DNA of 53,602 bases from an uncultured Candidatus Saccharibacteria bacterium (GTDB lineage Bacteria; Patescibacteriota; Saccharimonadia; Saccharimonadales; UBA10212). The stretch covers positions 1 to 53,602 of the forward strand of contig CAYUUT010000006.1 in NCBI GenBank assembly GCA_964448095.1, read 5' to 3'. The notes under the pieces are model-generated. The model did not search any database. It was given only the letters and a program-made list of their open reading frames with translations, and was not told the origin of the DNA. Below, one piece after another: positions 47,884 through 53,602 of this stretch (position 1 is its first letter; every line of letters starts with the position of its first letter). A program made the position numbers and the translations under genes.

Positions 47884-49191
47884 TTAGGCCTCTTTATTCA
47901 ACAGTGCTTCCACACCGGGCAAAGCCTTGCCGCTCATCAGCTCCAGGCTGGCACTGCCACCGGTTGAGACATGATTGAAATCTTCTACCAGGTTTTCGGA
48001 TTCAACATAGGCCACCGTGTCGCCGCCGCCCACCAAGCTAAAGGGTTTATTGGTATGGTTGTTAGTGCTGCCAATCATTGCATCAACGACAATCTTGGTG
48101 CCGTGAGCAAATGGGGCTTCGGCGCCGGATAGCCCCTTAGTCTCAGTGACGCCACACGGTCCGGCCCAAATGACTGTTTTACAAGTCTTAATAGCGCCGG
48201 CGATATAAGCGGCGCTGATGGGGCCGATATCTAGGACCATCTCTTCAGCCGCCACCGCCGAAGCTTCCGGCGGCGGTACTTTAGGATAAGCCTGGATATC
48301 GGCCAAGGTGTTACTAGACAAGTCCACTACGCGAGTTGGCGCTTTGCCATCCGTGCTAGTTGATACCACCGCGTCCACCGGTACCAAGAAATTAAACTCA
48401 CGCCGGCTCTCGGCCTGCCGAGCCTGCTCCAATACATCTTTGGCAGTGTCTAATGCTTCCGGCTCAATCAAGCTCTTGCCCACCTTGTGACCTTGGGCCA
48501 ACAAAAAGTTATTTGCCAGCGCGCCAACTACGGCTACGCAATCAGCTATCTCTATCAGTTTATTAAGCACGTCGATTTTATCGCTGATTTTGGCGCCGCC
48601 GACCACCGCGACCAATGGCCGGGCTGGGTCTTGCATGGTTTTGGTTATAGTATCCACTTCCCTCTCCAGCAACAGACCGGCCACGGCTGGAAGCAGCTTG
48701 GTAATAGCCTCGGTACTGGCATGCGCTCGGTGAACAACGCCAAAGCCGTCCTGAACGAAGATTTCCGCGCCGCTGGCCTCAACCAGCTGTTGGGCAAATT
48801 CTGGGTCGTTTTTTTCTTCTTCCGGATGGAATCGCAGGTTCTCTAAAAGCAAAACTCCGCCTTGTTGCAATGCCGAAGCGGCATTCTTGGCTTCATCGCC
48901 TATGCAGTCAGCGGCAAATGCCACTTCTTTTTCTAATAACTCGCCCAGCCTTTTAGCAACTGGCGCCAGGCTCATCTCTGGATCGACCTTGCCGTCCGGC
49001 CGACCCAAGTGCGAGATTATCACCAAACTGGTGTCTTCCTGATCCAGAATATATTTAACAGTTTCCAGCGACTGCTTAATCCGGTAATCATCACTAATCT
49101 GCCCATCTTTTAGCGGCACATTATAATCAGCCCGCAACAACACCCGCTTGCCTTTTAGGTCGATTTCCCTGACGGTCCTTTTGCTGAACAT
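47884..49191 (-). CDS. pgk: Phosphoglycerate kinase
   Basis: RADYNVP, SHLGRP, LLENLRF, HRAHAS, GGAKISDKI, GGGDT, STGGSASLE. Confidence 0.97.
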   Translation of the reverse strand: MFSKRTVREIDLKGKRVLLRADYNVPLKDGQISDDYRIKQSLETVKYILDQEDTSLVIISHLGRPDGKVDPEMSLAPVAKRLGELLEKEVAFAADCIGDEAKNAASALQQGGVLLLENLRFHPEEEKNDPEFAQQLVEASGAEIFVQDGFGVVHRAHASTEAITKLLPAVAGLLLEREVDTITKTMQDPARPLVAVVGGAKISDKIDVLNKLIEIADCVAVVGALANNFLLAQGHKVGKSLIEPEALDTAKDVLEQARQAESRREFNFLVPVDAVVSTSTDGKAPTRVVDLSSNTLADIQAYPKVPPPEASAVAAEEMVLDIGPISAAYIAGAIKTCKTVIWAGPCGVTETKGLSGAEAPFAHGTKIVVDAMIGSTNNHTNKPFSLVGGGDTVAYVESENLVEDFNHVSTGGSASLELMSGKALPGVEALLNKEA

Positions 49192-49240
49192 GCCCCACCC
49201 TTTTCTTTTATGCTTAGTCTAGTGATAAGTATAGCCCATG

Positions 49241-49271
49241 AAAAAAGACCATCCAAAAGATGGTCTTTTTT
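49241..49271. terminator. Intrinsic terminator after tRNA-Glu
   Basis: aaaaaagaccatc-caaaa-gatggtcttttt. Confidence 0.8.
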
Positions 49272-49274
49272 CAT

Positions 49275-49349
49275 TGGTGACCCCGAGGGGAATCGAACCC
49301 CTGTTGCCAGGATGAAAACCTGGTGTCCTAACCGTTAGACGACGGGGCC
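49275..49349 (-). tRNA. tRNA-Glu(TTC)
   Basis: GGCCCCGTCGTCTAACGGTTAGGACA-CCAGGTTTTCATCCTGG-CAACAGGGGTTCGATTCCCCTCGGGGTCACCA. Confidence 0.96.
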
Positions 49350-49568
49350 AGAACAGAGGTATTTTAGCAAAATTACCTCTGCTTGGGTACCAAAAATCCC
49401 CCGTGCTGTCTCCACCACAGCAAACGAGGGATTAAATGGTGTTTCTTAGATTTTTATTTTGGAGAGCGGTCAGTCACGATTACTCTTTTGTCCTAAGAAC
49501 TAGGCTAGCATGTTTTCCGTGATTTCGCAAATGCTTATCCACAGGAAACGGTGACTTTTGCGCTATCC

Positions 49569-50513
49569 TTAAAGACCGCGGCGGCCGCGGCGGAACAGGT
49601 AGTGACCAATTCCACCAAAGGCGGACGTACCGACGAACAATCCGGCTACATCGCCAGGACCGGTGTTGGGCAAAGAAGGCGGAACCGTAGTGGTTACTGT
49701 AGCACCGGTAGTACATTTTGCCTTAGCGGCGGCGCTGGCACTGGCCTGAGCGTTAGCTTGGGCGTTGGCCTGAGCTTGGGCGTTGGCCTGAGCTTGGGCG
49801 TTGGCCTGAGCTTGGGCGTTGGCATCAGCCTGAGAGACCGTAGAGGTCGCGGAAGCTGTGGCGCTGGCAGAAGCCGAAGCCGTAGCGCTGGCACTTGCAG
49901 TAGAGTTCGCAGAACCCTTATTGCAGGTAGCAGCAGCGTTGGCTGTAGCAGATGCCGTAGCTGTAGCAGTAGCGGTAGCAGTGAAAGTGGCGGGAGCTGG
50001 GCAGCTAACTTGAGCCTTGAAGTTTACGAACTCAGTAGTGGAACCACTGACAGTGCCAATATTGACATTGCCGGAAGTAATTCCATCAGACAGAGTCCGA
50101 ATTAGGTGACCGCTACCATCGTAAAGATTGGTAGAACCATTTTCGTAACTAATGGTATTCCCTGAGGCTAAATTAACGGTGGCGGAGTCAGAAGTACCAC
50201 TTGCGCCACCAAGGTCGGTAGTAGCAGTGAAAGTACTCGTTCCGCCATTGCTTGGCAGTGTGGCGTTGACTTTTACGTTTGTAAGATCGCCAAACTCGAC
50301 GTTACTCAGCATCATGCTGTATTGAACTTCGTCACCACAAGCAGCACTTATAGAACTGGCGTAAGAACCGCTTTGAGTCAGGTTTTTAGCCAGGTAAAGA
50401 CCTGTGCCACCAGCAAGCTGGCCCGGACTAGCGGCTAAAACCGGAGACATGCTGAGAGCTGCTACGGCAATAAGGCCGGTAGCAACAGCAGCTATTTTAG
50501 AAAGACTTTTCAT
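49569..50513 (-). CDS. LPXTG-anchored surface protein (DUF11-like domain plus Ala/Ser/Thr-rich domain)
   Basis: GAAAGGAG SD with ATG 50513; signal peptide; C-terminal LPNTG, hydrophobic segment and RRGRRGL. Confidence 0.75.
   Translation of the reverse strand: MKSLSKIAAVATGLIAVAALSMSPVLAASPGQLAGGTGLYLAKNLTQSGSYASSISAACGDEVQYSMMLSNVEFGDLTNVKVNATLPSNGGTSTFTATTDLGGASGTSDSATVNLASGNTISYENGSTNLYDGSGHLIRTLSDGITSGNVNIGTVSGSTTEFVNFKAQVSCPAPATFTATATATATASATANAAATCNKGSANSTASASATASASASATASATSTVSQADANAQAQANAQAQANAQAQANAQANAQASASAAAKAKCTTGATVTTTVPPSLPNTGPGDVAGLFVGTSAFGGIGHYLFRRGRRGL
49756..49823. repeat. 18-bp tandem repeat, about 3.8 copies (encodes NAQAQA)
   Basis: (gcttgggcgttggcctga)n. Confidence 0.9.
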
Positions 50514-50666
50514 AGTCGATCTCCTTTCGAATGAGCGCACTTAATTGATTAATTAATATTGATACAAACTAGATAGTTATTGGACTTTAAAGTGATGAGT
50601 GGCTGGTCCGCGCGCAGGCGCGGACCAGCCGATGAATCGACTACCTCATCATTTCGTGCTTGCTCG

Positions 50667-52283
50667 CTATGGGCGAGTGGAGTGCGAGATCGCCACGGTC
50701 TCCGTGAACTTGTCGATCGCCGAGGTTCCGGGGATCGTTACGGTCACGGTGATTGTCGTGGAAGTCGCACTCGGGTCGCTCGGTCCGACGAACGTCAGGC
50801 AGAACGGCACATTCGTACCAGCCGACTGGCTGAAGTTCAGAACCGCAGCCTGTGGCGTCTGGCTGCACTGGGCGACCTTGGCGATGCCCGGATCCACCGT
50901 CACCTGGAAGGCATCCGTTGAGGTCACCGTGAAGTTCTGGTTCGGCGCCGTCGGCGTCGTTCCAGGCACAGTGGCCGGGATGTCGTTCAGGGTGGTACTC
51001 GAGCTGATCGCGATTGCGTGACTCGGCGCCGGAGTGTTGATCGTCACGGAAGTCGAGCACGAGCTCGACTGGACTCCACTCGGCGTGCCGAAACGCAGGG
51101 TGGCCGTGATGGTCCGAGTTCCCGCCGACCCGTAGGTGTGCGACGCGGTGGTCGACGCCTGAGTTCCGGTGGTGTTGCCGTCGCCCCAGTTGAACGATGC
51201 GTCCTGGAAGGTCGCAGTCCCGCTGAGGCTGTAGTTCGCCGTCACTGACGCCGTATTGCCGCTGAGTGACGGCGACGTCAGGCCGGTGCAGACGCCCGAT
51301 CCCGTCGGAGACGGGTTCGGGTACTGGCACGGAAGCGCGCCGCCGTAGTTCGTGGCGGAGTGATCGGTGCAGGTCGGAGCCACAGGCGGCGGAGCCTGGC
51401 ACGAAGCCGAAGCACTCGCCGTCATCTTGTAGCTCGCCGTTGCGGTGACCGTTGCCCGCAGGTTGTTGGCCTGCGTGCTGTTGATCGCCGCCTGATGGGC
51501 CATGTTCGTGGCCTGCATCAGGGTCCTGCCCGTTCCGGTGCCGCTCACGACGATCGACTCGCTGTCGGTACCAGTTGCGGTACCAGAAGCGGAGGCGCCG
51601 TTCGTGGCGTCACCCACCGTGCAGCGCGCGGACGCGCTGACGGTGCCGTGAAGCGTCAGCTTGAGGCTGAGCGTCACGGTGTAGTTGAAGTTCTGGACGA
51701 TCTTGTACCTGCCGTAGTAGATGTTCTTCGGCTGGGGTGCGGTCTTCGGCCAGAAGACGTTACCGCAGTCCTCCCAGGTCGGAGGGCCGCCTGCCTTGCG
51801 CCAGCCCGAGGGGCTGGATGCACTCGGGCAGATGTAGGCCTTCTTCCCGGCCCACGGGATCGGAATCGTCTTGCCTGCCGAGTTGACGTAGGAGTTCGTA
51901 CCCCCTACGACCCAGTGGCAGCTCTTCTGCTCTCCGACGGTCGGCTTCCAGCCGGCGGGGAAAGCCCAGCGGAGCTGCATGACGCCGCCGGAGTTGACCT
52001 TGAGGGTTGCGACCTTGCGGTCGCTCTCGCTCGAGGTCATCTGGGCGACCTGGTTGCAGTAGGTGACGCCGTTGGCGGCGGTCGTACAGGTCTGTCCCGC
52101 CGAGGGCGGCGGGATCTTCTTGCAGCTTGCGCTCGGCTTGTCGAAGCTGTAACCCTTCGGGCAAGTCGGAGCCGGGCTGTTGTCGTTCGTGTTCTTGGTG
52201 CTCGCGAACGCGGTGCTCGCGACGACCATCAGAAGCGCCCCGACCACGCTGGCCAGGACGAGGAGCTTACGCATGCGACGCAT
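50667..52283 (-). CDS. GC-rich secreted protein with Cys-rich N-terminus, Ala/Ser/Thr-rich domain and PKD domain
   Basis: Signal peptide MRRMRKLLVL...AFA; PKD FNWGDG...HTYGSAGTRTITATL; GC-rich third positions. ORF track starts at 52328; ATG 52283 preferred. Confidence 0.75.
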   Translation of the reverse strand: MRRMRKLLVLASVVGALLMVVASTAFASTKNTNDNSPAPTCPKGYSFDKPSASCKKIPPPSAGQTCTTAANGVTYCNQVAQMTSSESDRKVATLKVNSGGVMQLRWAFPAGWKPTVGEQKSCHWVVGGTNSYVNSAGKTIPIPWAGKKAYICPSASSPSGWRKAGGPPTWEDCGNVFWPKTAPQPKNIYYGRYKIVQNFNYTVTLSLKLTLHGTVSASARCTVGDATNGASASGTATGTDSESIVVSGTGTGRTLMQATNMAHQAAINSTQANNLRATVTATASYKMTASASASCQAPPPVAPTCTDHSATNYGGALPCQYPNPSPTGSGVCTGLTSPSLSGNTASVTANYSLSGTATFQDASFNWGDGNTTGTQASTTASHTYGSAGTRTITATLRFGTPSGVQSSSCSTSVTINTPAPSHAIAISSSTTLNDIPATVPGTTPTAPNQNFTVTSTDAFQVTVDPGIAKVAQCSQTPQAAVLNFSQSAGTNVPFCLTFVGPSDPSATSTTITVTVTIPGTSAIDKFTETVAISHSTRP

Positions 52284-52762
52284 GGTGCGCTCACCGTACC
52301 TTTCTTGTGATCGAGGACAAGGAAACACAGCACAGGCTTGATCATTTCCCGTGCTGTGTGTTTGCCCGATGATGCTGGACAGAACAACACAGCGGCGAAA
52401 TCTTCACCGCCAAATTGTTCTGTCCAACGAAGGACAACTTAAGCACCGGATAATCATTGAATGAATTGGTAGTCGATTATTGGTCTAAAACCGCGAGCAA
52501 AAAATGCTCAAGCGGGTTTAAAGACCCATAACTATCTAGTTTGCTTTTTTTCAAAAACAAACTTTTCTAATTTTTAAGTAACACCTCACCTGCTACCGCT
52601 TCCAGAGCAACTTTCCTATCTGTTGTACCCCTGTAAGAGATTTCCACCTCTTCGCTGTGAAGCGAGGATGTCCATACTCTACCACAAGAAGTCAACTATG
52701 TCAACATGCTTAAGTATAATTATGCGAAAAACACAAGCTTCATAAAATTGTCAAATGCCCTT

Positions 52763-52799
52763 AAAAAGAAAGCGCCCGCTCAAGACTTGCTGGAGCGGG
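52763..52799 (-). terminator. Intrinsic terminator on the minus strand
   Basis: Minus strand cccgctc-loop-gagcggg-cgc-TTTCTTTTT. Confidence 0.65.
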
Positions 52800-53380
52800 G
52801 GTTCGCACACCTTTTTCAGGGTGCGTAAATTTGTAGCTTGGTTCAATACGCTTAACGCGGAACTGGAATTACCATAAACAGGGGACGACCCCGCCGTGAT
52901 GCCGTCAGTCCAGACGGGGTCGGCCCTGTGGGGGTTGTTGGTTCACTGTCACGGGGGCGTGACAGCTCTTGCGCGGCTCAAACTTCTGAACCGCAAACGT
53001 CGGACCATCCTCTTTCACCACGCGCCGGGCGGCTATCCGTCTCTTCTGTGCAGACGTCGGAAGCGCTCGTACTTTGTGGATTCAGAACCATGGATGGTCC
53101 TTCGGCGACAGCAACCACGCTGTCGCGGACCTGCGGGGGACCCAAAAACACGCTTGAATCACGATATTCAGGACCGTGATCACTGTTGGTGTGGCGCGTG
53201 CCAAGGTACTTCGTCCCCCGAGGGTGGGCTAAGGCTGAGTACCCTGCCCACACTGGACGGTTCTACAGACAAGGTCTTCTTGCAGTAACCTTGCCCTACC
53301 GTCCAAGTTAAAAACGTCGGTAATTCCTCAAACTACGTGGGAGCTGGCTCTTGGTTTTCCCAAAAAAGCGCTCACCAGGC
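52800..53380 (-). ncRNA. Candidate large structured ncRNA of unknown family
   Basis: TATAAT at 53391-53386, terminator at 52763-52799, at least 8 stems in between and no convincing ORF. Confidence 0.4.
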
Positions 53381-53410
53381 CCATTATTATAACCTATTAA
53401 ATGAACTACA

Positions 53411-53602
53411 TCAAGGACGTTGGGCAGCCTTGGGGGTTTCACCGGCTTTCACTTCTTTAGGTTTACGCGGAAAACTGAAACCAAAGGTACTGCCCTTCCC
53501 CTCGCTACTCTTAAAGATAATCGCCCCGCCTTCGGCTACTACCACCTTCTTGGCCATAAACAGGCCTAACCCCGTACCATCTGGCCGCATCTTCCTAGCA
53601 TT
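53411..53602 (-). CDS. Sensor histidine kinase, C-terminal fragment (5' part outside window)
   Basis: Not in the ORF track. NARKMRPDGTGLGLFMAKKVVVAEGGAIIFKSSEGKGSTFGFSFP...; HATPase_c G2 box. Confidence 0.85.
   Translation of the reverse strand, partial: NARKMRPDGTGLGLFMAKKVVVAEGGAIIFKSSEGKGSTFGFSFPRKPKEVKAGETPKAAQRP

Noticed and set aside
51360-52310. 316-aa plus-strand ORF (also 32036-32872, 50641-51402 and similar)
   Set aside because: Antisense or off-frame shadows of GC-rich genes with Arg/Ala-biased composition and no motifs.
52896-53288. ORFs of 130, 83 and 91 aa in the terminal structured region
   Set aside because: No SD or leaderless promoter spacing, no recognisable domain, and mutually overlapping.
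52872-53564. 11-bp direct repeat ccataaacagg as a target-site duplication
   Set aside because: The second copy lies inside the kinase CDS, and one 11-mer match in about 1 kb is plausible by chance.

Overview
The window looks like Candidatus Saccharibacteria (Patescibacteria/CPR) chromosome. This is inferred from gene content, the short AlaRS, the half-size MFS and pervasive leaderless promoters. The core genes are an ftsA-like gene, alaS, mnmA, iscS, tatD, metG, typA, ssrA, rsmA, pcrA, tpiA, pgk, tRNA-Val(CAC) and tRNA-Glu(TTC). Five unusual elements sit among them. (1) A ~9.5 kb array between typA and tmRNA holds unrelated one-gene cassettes separated by about 15 copies of a short repeat (minus strand GGGGCTTAAATCCCC plus an A-rich tail). 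The repeat supplies the stop codon of several genes, and no recombinase is present in the window. A DUF5343 + Swt1-HEPN pair closes the left end. (2) A divergent F1-like ATPase operon has no subunit a; in its place is a c-like hairpin without the usual carboxylate, fused to a soluble domain. (3) Next to it is a WxL/pilin-like surface-protein cluster. (4) An 18-bp palindrome occurs four times, twice inside housekeeping CDSs. (5) Two highly base-paired non-coding regions are present: an attenuator plus multi-stem RNA at 24.5-24.8 kb, and a ~600-nt promoter-to-terminator unit at 52.8-53.4 kb. All family assignments come from motif recognition by eye; no database searches were run.
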